From assembly GCA_036389535.1 (NCBI GenBank), contig DASVPT010000238.1, positions 1-32,173 on the forward strand: 32,173 nt of DNA. The letters run 5' to 3'. The stretch comes from Actinomycetota bacterium. Lineage in GTDB: Bacteria; Actinomycetota; UBA4738. Below the pieces are notes generated by a model. That model saw only the letters and a list, made by a program, of their open reading frames with translations. It did not search any database and was not told the origin of the DNA. Every line of letters begins with the position of its first letter. Position 1 is the first letter of the stretch. Positions 1 through 8,205 of the stretch are shown piece after piece. The translations under genes were made by a program, and so were the position numbers.

Positions 1-1580
1 CGCTCATGATCGGCGCGCGCGACATGGCCTTCCCGAAGCTGAACGCGTTCGGCTACTGGGTCTTCCTCTTCGCCGGGCTGTTCATGCACTCGAGCTTTCT
101 GATCGGACAGGCGCCGGACAACGGCTGGTTCAACTACGTCCCGTTCTCCGCCAGAGAATTCTCGCCCGGCCTCCACGCGGACTACTACACGCTGGGGCTG
201 ATCTTCCTCGGGATCTCCACGACGGCCGGGGCGGCGAACTTCATCGTCACCATCTTCAAGATGCGCGCGCCCGGAATGACGGTGGCGCGGATGCCGCTGT
301 TCTGCTGGGCCATCCTGGCGATGGCGTTCTCGGTGATCTTCGCCCTTCCCTCACTCACCGTGGCGAACGCGATGCTGTTCCTCGACCGGGCGTTCGGGTT
401 CCACTTCTTCGATCCCCGGCACGGCGGGAGCACGTTGCTGTGGCAGCACCTCTTCTGGATCTTCGGGCACCCCGACGTCTACATCATCTTCTTGCCGGCG
501 GCGGGAATCGTTTCGCAGATCGTCCCGGTGTTCTCGCGGCGCCCCGTCGTGGGATACGTGTGGCTGGCGCTCGCCACCACGTCGATCGGGGTGATCGGGT
601 TCGGGGTGTGGGTTCACCACATGTTCGCCACGGGCATTCCGTACGCCTCGATGGCCTTCTTCTCGGCAGCCAGCATGCTGATCACCATCCCGAGCGGCGT
701 GCAGATCCTGGCCTGGACGGCCACGTTCATCGGCGGCCGTCCCGTCTTCAGCACGGCGATGCTGTTCGTGCTGGGCTTCATCTTCATCTTCGTGCTCGGC
801 GGAGTGACGGGCGTGATGTTCGCGGCCATCCCGTTCGACCAGCAGGTCACGGACTCCTACTTCGTGGTGGCGCACTTCCACTACGTGCTCTTCGGCGGCG
901 CGGTGTTCCCGATCTTTGGCGCGTTCTACTACTGGTGGCCCAAGATGTACGGCCGGATGCTGGACGAGCGCCTGGGCAAGATCTCGTTCTGGCTGATCTT
1001 CACCGGCTTCAACCTGACCTTCTTCCCGATGCACATCGTCGGGCTGCTCGGGATGCCGCGGCGCATCTATACCTTCCAGCCGCACCTCGGATGGGACCTG
1101 TACAACCTCATGGAAACGATCGGGGGGTACATCCTGGCCGCCGGGATCCTCGCGACGATGGTGAACTTCTTCTACTCGCGCCGGCACGGCGCTGTCGCCG
1201 AGGCAGATCCGTGGGGCGGCGAGACGCTCGAGTGGGCCACGTCCTCGCCACCTCCGGACTACAACTTCCTTCAGATCCCGAAGGTTCGAAGCCGCGAGCC
1301 ACTGTGGGATCAGCCCGAGCTGAAAGCGATGAACGAGCGGATCCTCGAACCGGAGCAGACGCTGTCCGAAGAGCACGCCACCCTCGGCACAACCGTTCTC
1401 GACGCCGAACCCGAGACGATCCTCCCGATGCCGCACGGCTCCTTCGCGCCCATCGCCGCCGCGTTCGGAATCGCCCTGGTCTTTGCCGGCCTTCTGACCA
1501 AAGCCTGGGGCGTGTCGGTAGGTGGGGCGCTGTTCATGGCCGGGAGCGTCGTCGCGTGGGTCCGAAGGGACATCTCGTGA
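1..1580 (+). CDS. ctaD: Cytochrome c oxidase (aa3-type) subunit I, 5'-truncated by the window edge
   Basis: ORF 6..1580 stays open to the window start. It carries heme-copper oxidase subunit I signatures: LFWIFGHPDVYIIFLP, GVWVHHMFATG, VVAHFHYVLFGG. The C-terminal ~70 aa add two extra hydrophobic helices. Confidence 0.95.
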   Translation, partial: LMIGARDMAFPKLNAFGYWVFLFAGLFMHSSFLIGQAPDNGWFNYVPFSAREFSPGLHADYYTLGLIFLGISTTAGAANFIVTIFKMRAPGMTVARMPLFCWAILAMAFSVIFALPSLTVANAMLFLDRAFGFHFFDPRHGGSTLLWQHLFWIFGHPDVYIIFLPAAGIVSQIVPVFSRRPVVGYVWLALATTSIGVIGFGVWVHHMFATGIPYASMAFFSAASMLITIPSGVQILAWTATFIGGRPVFSTAMLFVLGFIFIFVLGGVTGVMFAAIPFDQQVTDSYFVVAHFHYVLFGGAVFPIFGAFYYWWPKMYGRMLDERLGKISFWLIFTGFNLTFFPMHIVGLLGMPRRIYTFQPHLGWDLYNLMETIGGYILAAGILATMVNFFYSRRHGAVAEADPWGGETLEWATSSPPPDYNFLQIPKVRSREPLWDQPELKAMNERILEPEQTLSEEHATLGTTVLDAEPETILPMPHGSFAPIAAAFGIALVFAGLLTKAWGVSVGGALFMAGSVVAWVRRDIS

Positions 1581-2206
1581 GTGCGGTCGAAGCCTCGGCG
1601 CGGCCTTCACTGCCGACCCATCCCGAAGGGGTCGAGGGTGGGCGCTCTCCGGCCTTTTGGGGGATGGTGATGCTGATCTTCACCGAGGCCACGATCTTCG
1701 GCATCCTCCTGTTCAGCTATTTCTATCTCCGCTTCCAGACCTCACCGCAATGGCCCCCGCCCGGTATCGAGAAACCCAAGCTGTTCCTGGTGTCGATCAT
1801 GACCCCGATCCTGTTGCTCTCGAGCGCACCGATGCACTGGGCCCTGGTCGGAATCAGGAGGGGCAAGGTGGGGCGGCTCCGGTCCGGGATGCTGGCCACC
1901 TTGGTGATGGGAGCGACGTTCCTCGGCCTTCAGGGGTTCGAGTACCACGCCATCCTCACGGAGGAGTTCACCGCGCGGACGAACGTGTACGGATCCCTGT
2001 TCTTCACCATCACGGGATTCCACGGCCTCCACGTCGCGGTGGGGCTCCTCCTGATCGTGTGGGTCCAGTGGTACGCGGCGCGCGGGCGTTTCACCGCCGA
2101 ACGGCACATTCCGGTCGAGAACGTCGCCATGTACTGGCACTTCGTCGACGCCGTGTGGGTGTTCATCCTGGCCAGCCTCTATCTCTCCCCTCACTTCTGG
2201 TCGTGA
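1577..2206 (+). CDS. ctaE: Cytochrome c oxidase subunit III
   Basis: The GTG at 1577 overlaps the ctaD stop (GTGA). The 3' part of ORF 440..2206 shows subunit III motifs (FGILLFSYFYLR, FFTITGFHGLHVAVGL, MYWHFVDAVWVFI). The 5' part of that ORF is an out-of-frame read through ctaD. Confidence 0.9.
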   Translation: MSAVEASARPSLPTHPEGVEGGRSPAFWGMVMLIFTEATIFGILLFSYFYLRFQTSPQWPPPGIEKPKLFLVSIMTPILLLSSAPMHWALVGIRRGKVGRLRSGMLATLVMGATFLGLQGFEYHAILTEEFTARTNVYGSLFFTITGFHGLHVAVGLLLIVWVQWYAARGRFTAERHIPVENVAMYWHFVDAVWVFILASLYLSPHFWS

Positions 2207-2622
2207 TGGAAGCGACACGCGGAGCTCGACGCCGCAGGGCGATGGATCCCCGGAGCCCCCGCGCCCTCCCGCTGTGGTTCGGCGTGCTGGCCCCTCCCTT
2301 GGCCTGGCTCGCCCACCTGCTGTTGGGCGACCTGCTCTACGAACTGGGGTGCGCCGCCGGGATGAGGACGAAAGCGATCCTCGGGCTTCGCCTCGATGCG
2401 TGGGCCGTGATCCAGACGGCCGCCCTCCTGAGCATCACGATCGCGGCCGGCATGCTGGCGTTTCGGGCATGGCGCCAGCTGCAGGCGCAGTCGAACGGCG
2501 GATCGCTCGACCGGGCGAAGGCAATGGCGCTGGTCGGCGTGGCCTCGAGCGCGCTGTATACCCTCATCCTTCTGTTCGGGCTGCTCCCATCCATGTTCCT
2601 TCCGGAGTGTCTGCCGCGGTGA
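2206..2622 (+). CDS. Hypothetical small membrane protein (about 3 TM) inside the cta cluster
   Basis: The ATG at 2206 shares one nt with the ctaE stop (TGATG); an alternative ATG lies at 2242. Hydrophobic segments are LPLWFGVLAPPLAWLAHLLLG, AVIQTAALLSITIAAGMLAF and ALVGVASSALYTLILLFGLL. I recognised no family. Confidence 0.55.
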   Translation: MEATRGARRRRAMDPRSPRALPLWFGVLAPPLAWLAHLLLGDLLYELGCAAGMRTKAILGLRLDAWAVIQTAALLSITIAAGMLAFRAWRQLQAQSNGGSLDRAKAMALVGVASSALYTLILLFGLLPSMFLPECLPR

Positions 2623-3533
2623 TGATCGGGACCGAGGCGTTCGCCGGGGCGCTCGCGAGGGTTCTGAATGGGTGGAGCTTCGATCCCATGGTGATCGCTT
2701 CGATCGCCGTGGTCGGGGCCGGATATGTCGCCGGGCGTCGACGGCTTCGCCGGCCCGGTCGACGAGCCGCTCGAATCGAGATCACCAGGGCGTGGAGAAC
2801 CGTTTGCTTCGCCGCCGGGCTCGCGACGGTCGTCGCGGCGCTCCTGTCGCCGCTCGATGCAAGAAGTGCGGAACTTCTGTCCGCGCACATGGTCCAGCAC
2901 CTGCTCCTGGTCGTGGTGGCCGCTCCGCTCCTGGTGCTCGGTGCGCCGGCGGTTCCACTTCTGCTCGCTCTCCCCACTGGTACTCGGCGTGACCTCCACG
3001 CGCTTGGCGCGAAGCCGTTCGTTGCAACGATCACCAGAACGTTCAGGCGTCCCGTGGTCGCCTGGGCCCTTCATGTCGTCACGCTGTGGACGTGGCACGT
3101 TCCCAACTTCTATGAGGCGGCGGTTCGAACCGATGCGCTGCACGCCCTGGAACACGCCAGCTTCCTCGGGACGGCATTGCTGTTCTGGTTGGTCGTGCTC
3201 GGCCCGAACCGGCATCGTCGCCTCGGCGGTGGCGCCGAGATCCTCTACGTCTTCACCGCGGGTCTCCAGAGCGCCATCCTCGGAGCGCTGTTTACGTTCG
3301 CCGCGTCGCCCCTGTACCCCACGTACGTCCGGCTGGCCGGCGGCGCGTCGGCAGCTCTTCGAGATCAGCAGATCGCCGGGCTGGTCATGTGGATCCCCGC
3401 GGGCGTGGTGTACCTCGGCGCTGCGGCCGGGTTGTTCGTGAAGTGGCTCGGGTCGGTCGAAGAGGAGACCCGGCGCCGTGAGCTGCGTCACGACCTGCCC
3501 CCTTCGCGCGTTCGTGTTGGAGTCGAACCGTGA
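2622..3533 (+). CDS. ctaG: Cytochrome c oxidase assembly factor CtaG (caa3_CtaG family) membrane protein
   Basis: The ATG at 2622 (or GTG at 2619) overlaps the upstream stop. The protein is polytopic and has the family-typical LSAHMVQHLLLVVVAAPLLVLGAP and HALEHASFLGTALLFW. Confidence 0.8.
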   Translation: MIGTEAFAGALARVLNGWSFDPMVIASIAVVGAGYVAGRRRLRRPGRRAARIEITRAWRTVCFAAGLATVVAALLSPLDARSAELLSAHMVQHLLLVVVAAPLLVLGAPAVPLLLALPTGTRRDLHALGAKPFVATITRTFRRPVVAWALHVVTLWTWHVPNFYEAAVRTDALHALEHASFLGTALLFWLVVLGPNRHRRLGGGAEILYVFTAGLQSAILGALFTFAASPLYPTYVRLAGGASAALRDQQIAGLVMWIPAGVVYLGAAAGLFVKWLGSVEEETRRRELRHDLPPSRVRVGVEP

Positions 3534-4297
3534 TGCGTTCTGCTCCGGCGCTGGCAAAGGCGTCCGCCGGCGTGCTGATGGCCGGAGCGGCCGCCGGCAT
3601 CGTGGCGTTCATGCCCTCTGCCGCCAGTCCCGCGCCGCAGGTGCGGCCCGCGCCGGTCGCCGGGCGCTCCATCTACCTCCAGGATTGCGCGTGGTGCCAC
3701 GGCCCGGCGGGGGAAGGCACCGACTTCGGACCCACGCTCCGAGGGGTCGGCCCGGCGTCCACGGACTTCATGCTCAGCACCGGGCGCATGCCGATTCCCA
3801 AGCAGATCGACAATCCGCCGCAACGCCCGGTCCGGTACACACGTGAGGAGATCGCTGCCATCACGCAATACGTGGCGTCGTTTGCACCGGGGCCGCCCAT
3901 TCCGCGTGTCGATCCCGGCTCGGGAGACGAAACGCTGGGGCTCTCGCTGTATCAGGCGAACTGCGCAGCGTGCCACGGCGCGACCGGAACCGGCGGCGCG
4001 TTGACCCAGGGACTGCTGGCGCCGAGCGTCCTTGATTCGACACCGCGAGAGATCGCCGAGGCCATGCGGCTGGGCGGGGCAGGATTGTTGAGCGGCAACA
4101 TGCCGAGGTTCGGCCCGGAGCAGTTCGATGAGCGCGACGTCGATTCGATCGTTGCCTACATCGAGCACCTGCCACGCGAGGATCGTGGCGGCTTGAGCCT
4201 TGGAAGGGTCGGTCCCGTCGCCGAAGGGTTCGTCGCCTGGGCCGTCGGGATGCTCACGCTGTATCTGGTCATTCGGTGGATCGGAGAACGCGGATGA
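3530..4297 (+). CDS. qcrC: Cytochrome bc1 complex diheme cytochrome c subunit
   Basis: It has two CXXCH heme c motifs (CAWCH, CAACH), an N-terminal signal-like segment and a C-terminal TM anchor (FVAWAVGMLTLYLVIRW). It sits in the actinobacterial qcrCAB order. The start GTG 3530 or ATG 3533 overlaps the ctaG stop. Confidence 0.9.
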   Translation: MMRSAPALAKASAGVLMAGAAAGIVAFMPSAASPAPQVRPAPVAGRSIYLQDCAWCHGPAGEGTDFGPTLRGVGPASTDFMLSTGRMPIPKQIDNPPQRPVRYTREEIAAITQYVASFAPGPPIPRVDPGSGDETLGLSLYQANCAACHGATGTGGALTQGLLAPSVLDSTPREIAEAMRLGGAGLLSGNMPRFGPEQFDERDVDSIVAYIEHLPREDRGGLSLGRVGPVAEGFVAWAVGMLTLYLVIRWIGERG

Positions 4298-5187
4298 ACG
4301 AGGGCAGCCGGTCGAACGGGCCGATCGAAGCGGACGAGCCGAACGACCCCAGCCGGCGGCCCGCGACCGGCGCGTCCATCGGATGGGCATTCGTCGTGTC
4401 GGCCCTGGCGTCGCTCGGCCTCGCCGTCGTCTACCTGTACGGCGGCCAGCCCCAAGTCGAGGGCGCCCTCATCGGAATCTCGTTGGGCGGCCTGGCGTAT
4501 GGGTTCGTGATGTGGGCCAAGCTGTTTCTTCCCGGCGGCCATTTCGTAGAAGAGCGAAAACCGCTTTCCTCATCCACCGAAGACCGCGAGGAGTTCCTGG
4601 GACGGCTGTCAGAGGGTGGTGGCCTGATCGGGCGCCGAAAATTCCTGTCGAAGCTGCTCTGGACCGCGCTCGGCGCGCTCGGAGCTGCGCTGTTCTTTCC
4701 TCTTCGGTCGCTCGGTCCGAAGCCGGGGCGCTCGCTCTTCAGTACGGCTTGGGGCCCCGGCGTGCGAGTGGTGTCAGAGAGCGGACAGCCCATATCGGTG
4801 AACGACGTTCCGGTGGGCGGCGTGGTGACGGTGTTTCCCGAAAGCAACCCGGAGGCCACCGACGCGCAGGCGCTGCTCATTCGGATGGGAGACGGCTTTC
4901 GACCCTTGCCGGGGCGAGAGCAGTGGGCTCCCGACGGGTACGTGGCGTACTCGAAGATCTGCACCCACGCCGGGTGCCCGGTCGGGCTGTACGAGCAGAA
5001 ACGCGGTCTGCTCTTCTGCCCCTGTCACCAATCCGTATTCAACGCGCTGGATGGCGCGCGGCCGGAGGCGGGGCCCGCGGCGCGTCCACTTCCGCAGCTT
5101 CCGCTCATGGTCGACGGCGAGGGATTCCTCGCGGCGCAGGGTGATTTCTCCGGCCCGGTCGGGCCGGGGTTCTGGAACCTTCCGTGA
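4294..5187 (+). CDS. qcrA: Cytochrome bc1 complex Rieske iron-sulfur subunit
   Basis: The Rieske 2Fe-2S boxes CTHAGCP and CPCHQS are present, with three N-terminal TM segments. The ATG at 4294 follows GGAGAA and overlaps the qcrC stop (ATGA). The ORF-track start at 4276 is less likely. Confidence 0.9.
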   Translation: MNEGSRSNGPIEADEPNDPSRRPATGASIGWAFVVSALASLGLAVVYLYGGQPQVEGALIGISLGGLAYGFVMWAKLFLPGGHFVEERKPLSSSTEDREEFLGRLSEGGGLIGRRKFLSKLLWTALGALGAALFFPLRSLGPKPGRSLFSTAWGPGVRVVSESGQPISVNDVPVGGVVTVFPESNPEATDAQALLIRMGDGFRPLPGREQWAPDGYVAYSKICTHAGCPVGLYEQKRGLLFCPCHQSVFNALDGARPEAGPAARPLPQLPLMVDGEGFLAAQGDFSGPVGPGFWNLP

Positions 5188-6539
5188 TCGTTCGTCGCCT
5201 GACCCGTTGGTTCGACGACCGCCTCGGCGCGACGTCGTGGGCGCGAACGGCGCTCAACAAGGTCTTTCCGGATCACTGGAGCTTCATGCTCGGAGAGATC
5301 GCGATGTACTGCTTCGCGATCCTGGTCCTCACCGGGATCTACCTGACGTTCTTCTTCGTCCCGAGCTCTCGACCGATCACCTATCAGGGAACCTATGGAC
5401 CGCTTCACGGCGCGACGGTATCGGAGGCGTACGCGTCGGTGGTTCGACTCTCGTTCGACGTGCGGGCCGGCCTGGTGTTTCGGCAGGTGCATCACTGGGC
5501 GGCCAACCTGTTCATCGCCTCGATCCTCGTTCACCTGGCGAGGATCTTCTTGACCGGGGCTTTCCGCCGTCCCCGCGAGATCAACTGGATCATCGGCATG
5601 ACGTTGCTGGTGTTCGCCATCTTCAATGGCTTCACCGGGTACTCGCTCCCGGACGACCTGCTCTCCGGTACCGGCCTTCGCATCGCGTACTCCGTCGCCC
5701 TGTCGATCCCGTTCCTCGGGACCTGGCTGGCGTTCCTGGTGTTCGGCGGCGAGTTCCCGGCTCACGACATCATCCCGCGGTTGTTCGTGATGCACGTGAT
5801 GCTGGTGCCGGCCGCGATCATCGGCCTGCTCTCGATTCACCTGGCCATCGTGTGGCATCAAAAGCACACACAGTTCCCGACCGAAGGCCGAACCGAGACG
5901 AACGTCGTCGGCTCGAAGTTGTGGCCGACGTACGCCATGAAGTCGCTCGGCCTCTTCTTCGGCATCGCCGCCGTGCTCGGGCTGCTCGGAGGCCTCGCGC
6001 AGATCAACCCGGTCTGGCTCTACGGCCCGTTCAACGCGACCACGGTGAGCTCCGCCGACCAACCCGACTGGTATCTCGGGTGGATCGAAGGCGCGCTTCG
6101 GCTCTTTCCAGGGTGGGAGACGCGGGGGTTCGGGCACACCGTGGCCAACCCGTTCTTCCCGGGCGTCGTGATGCCCGGCCTCACGTTCTTGACGCTCTAC
6201 CTGTGGCCGTTCATCGAAGCTCGGTTCACCGGCGATCGCGAGCAGCACAATCTGCTGCAGCGCCCCCGGGACCGCTCCGTTCAGACGGGGATCGGGGCGG
6301 GCGCACTCTCGTTCTACGTCGTGCTGTTTCTGGCCGCGAGCAACGACATCGCCGCCAGAATGTTCGGTGTGTCGGTTGGAGCCATCACGTGGGGCTTTCG
6401 GATCGCCGCGATCGTGGTGCCGTGGGTGGTGGGCTTCGTGGTGTACCGCTTGATGCGAGGGCTGAAGGTGAGTGAAGCGGACCGGTTCATCGAGGTGCCG
6501 ATGAGGGCGATCGTGCGAAATCGGGAGGCTGGGCGATGA
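5184..6539 (+). CDS. qcrB: Cytochrome bc1 complex cytochrome b subunit
   Basis: It has cytochrome b N- and C-terminal domain features (RQVHHWAANLFIASILVHL, GYSLPDD, the PDWY motif in DQPDWYLGWIEG). The GTG at 5184 overlaps the qcrA stop (GTGA). Confidence 0.92.
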   Translation: MIVRRLTRWFDDRLGATSWARTALNKVFPDHWSFMLGEIAMYCFAILVLTGIYLTFFFVPSSRPITYQGTYGPLHGATVSEAYASVVRLSFDVRAGLVFRQVHHWAANLFIASILVHLARIFLTGAFRRPREINWIIGMTLLVFAIFNGFTGYSLPDDLLSGTGLRIAYSVALSIPFLGTWLAFLVFGGEFPAHDIIPRLFVMHVMLVPAAIIGLLSIHLAIVWHQKHTQFPTEGRTETNVVGSKLWPTYAMKSLGLFFGIAAVLGLLGGLAQINPVWLYGPFNATTVSSADQPDWYLGWIEGALRLFPGWETRGFGHTVANPFFPGVVMPGLTFLTLYLWPFIEARFTGDREQHNLLQRPRDRSVQTGIGAGALSFYVVLFLAASNDIAARMFGVSVGAITWGFRIAAIVVPWVVGFVVYRLMRGLKVSEADRFIEVPMRAIVRNREAGR

Positions 6540-7123
6540 CGGCGCCCGCCATCGCCGGCGACGTCGCTGCGGAGAAAGAGCGCCTCCGAACGAAGATGCG
6601 AGCTGTTCGAGACGCCATCCCTCTCGGCGAGCGGACTCGAATGGCTCGGCGCATCGAGGAGAACCTCTTCTCGCTGCCCGAGGTGGAAGCGGCGCGAACG
6701 GTGTTGCTGTTCTCCTCGTTTGGGTCAGAGGTTCCAACTGACGACATGATCGAACGGCTCCTCCGCGAAGGCCGCAGTGTCGTTCTTCCGTACCTCGTCG
6801 AACGCCGGATGGAGGCGGCTGGGATCACCGCCTCGGACCCGCTGGTCGCGACGTCGTATGGACCGAAGGAGCCGCCTCATCGGGTTTCCGTGGATCCGAT
6901 CGGGATTGACGTGGCGATCGCTCCCGGCCTCGCTTTCGATCGCCAGGGGTACCGCCTGGGATACGGCGGAGGGCATTTCGATCGATACCTGGGCCGACTC
7001 AGATCTGACGCATCGCGCGTCGGAATCGCCTTCGCCGTTCAGCTCATACCGAACGTCCCCCGCGGACCGGGCGACACCTCGATGCACATCGTGGTGACCG
7101 AGCAAGAGGTGATCCGGCCCTGA
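6536..7123 (+). CDS. 5-formyltetrahydrofolate cyclo-ligase
   Basis: The family motif GYRLGYGGGHFDRYL is present and the size (195 aa) is typical. The ATG at 6536 overlaps the qcrB stop (ATGA). Confidence 0.85.
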   Translation: MTAPAIAGDVAAEKERLRTKMRAVRDAIPLGERTRMARRIEENLFSLPEVEAARTVLLFSSFGSEVPTDDMIERLLREGRSVVLPYLVERRMEAAGITASDPLVATSYGPKEPPHRVSVDPIGIDVAIAPGLAFDRQGYRLGYGGGHFDRYLGRLRSDASRVGIAFAVQLIPNVPRGPGDTSMHIVVTEQEVIRP

Positions 7124-8205
7124 GCGAAACGCGGCGAGCGGGACGGATCGGCGGGATTCGAATCCAGCTCGATCCCTCGCTTCTCTTCCTCGCTCTCCTG
7201 GTCGGGTTCAACCTGTGGGAGGTTTCTTCATTCCAACGGGCCGACGCCACGGCGATCTTGCTCACGATCGGCGGGACCCTGGTCTTCGTCGCCTCGATCC
7301 TGGTGCACGAGCTTGCGCACGGCATGGTGGCGCGGTTGCGGGGCATGCCGGTCAGCCACATTCGGCTCTACATCTTCGGTGGCACCGCGTACACCTCAGT
7401 CGAGTCGGCCAGGCCGCTCGACGAACTGCTTGTTACCGCGGTCGGGCCCTTGTCGAGCGCGGCCATCGGGGCGGTACTCATCTGGATCTCGAGAGGCGAA
7501 CCTCACTCCTTGCTCGCGTACCGGCTGTTCCTCCTGCTCCTGTACCTCGGGTGGTGGAACCTCTTCCTTGCCGTGTTCAACCTCCTTCCCGGGCTCCCGC
7601 TCGATGGAGGACGGGTGTTCCATGCCGCGATCTGGAAGCTCGCCCGAAACCGCAACCTCGCCACGCGGATCGCCGGCCGAACGGGACAGGGGATCTCCGT
7701 TCTCCTCATTGCGGGCGGCGTCGCGCTGTTCGTGTCGTCGTCCGACTTCCGTGAGCTGTGGTTGAGCTTCATCGGGTGGCAGCTCTTCGCGGGAGCAACG
7801 GCCGAGCTCGCGTTCGCCCGCCGGGAGCAGTTCCTGCGGAGGCCGATCCGCGACCTGATGACGCCACCTCCCCCTGCCGTCCCGGCCGACCTCTCGATCG
7901 CTCAGGCGAAGGAGTCGTTCCTTGCGGGTCATGAAGATGAGGCGTTCCCGGTGATGGAGGCCGGACGGGTGGTCGGGTTCATCGCCGGGCGAAATCTCAC
8001 CGATGCGGCCCCGGAGGGTAAGGTGCGGGAAGTGATGAGAGAGGAGCCTGGAGTGATTCAGGCCGGTCCCGACGACACGTTGGACGCGGTGAACGCCCGG
8101 GCTGGCGAGCGGTACTGGCAGGCGATTGTGGTCGTCGGCGACGGCCGCCTGCTCGGCGTGGTCGAGCGTGCGGCGTTGACGGCGAAGAGGAGGTGGCGAA
8201 GATGA
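7120..8205 (+). CDS. Site-2 protease family (peptidase M50) membrane metalloprotease with a C-terminal CBS pair; the start codon is uncertain
   Basis: It has HELAHG (HExxH), NLLPGLPLDGGRV, and two CBS-like modules at the C-terminus. The ORF track starts at TTG 7258, but the in-frame upstream translation (SETRRAGRIGGIRIQLDPSLLFLALLVGFNLW) is a typical M50 N-terminus. The only plausible initiator there is the CTG at 7120, which overlaps the upstream TGA. Confidence 0.8.
   Translation: MSETRRAGRIGGIRIQLDPSLLFLALLVGFNLWEVSSFQRADATAILLTIGGTLVFVASILVHELAHGMVARLRGMPVSHIRLYIFGGTAYTSVESARPLDELLVTAVGPLSSAAIGAVLIWISRGEPHSLLAYRLFLLLLYLGWWNLFLAVFNLLPGLPLDGGRVFHAAIWKLARNRNLATRIAGRTGQGISVLLIAGGVALFVSSSDFRELWLSFIGWQLFAGATAELAFARREQFLRRPIRDLMTPPPPAVPADLSIAQAKESFLAGHEDEAFPVMEAGRVVGFIAGRNLTDAAPEGKVREVMREEPGVIQAGPDDTLDAVNARAGERYWQAIVVVGDGRLLGVVERAALTAKRRWRR

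Noticed and set aside
351-1610. Long antisense or off-frame ORFs that mirror recognised genes. Examples: 351..1610(-), 2337..3557(-), 3488..4390(-), 5025..6737(-), 10929..12401(+), 12668..13615(+). Further examples: 14603..15385(+), 16166..17086(+), 19460..20221(-), 24193..25356(-), 25356..26249(-), 26607..28211(-), 27830..29089(-).
   Set aside because: Their translations are Arg/Pro/Gly/Ala-rich low-complexity strings typical of non-coding frames in high-GC DNA. Each fully overlaps a gene with clear family motifs on the other strand or in another frame.
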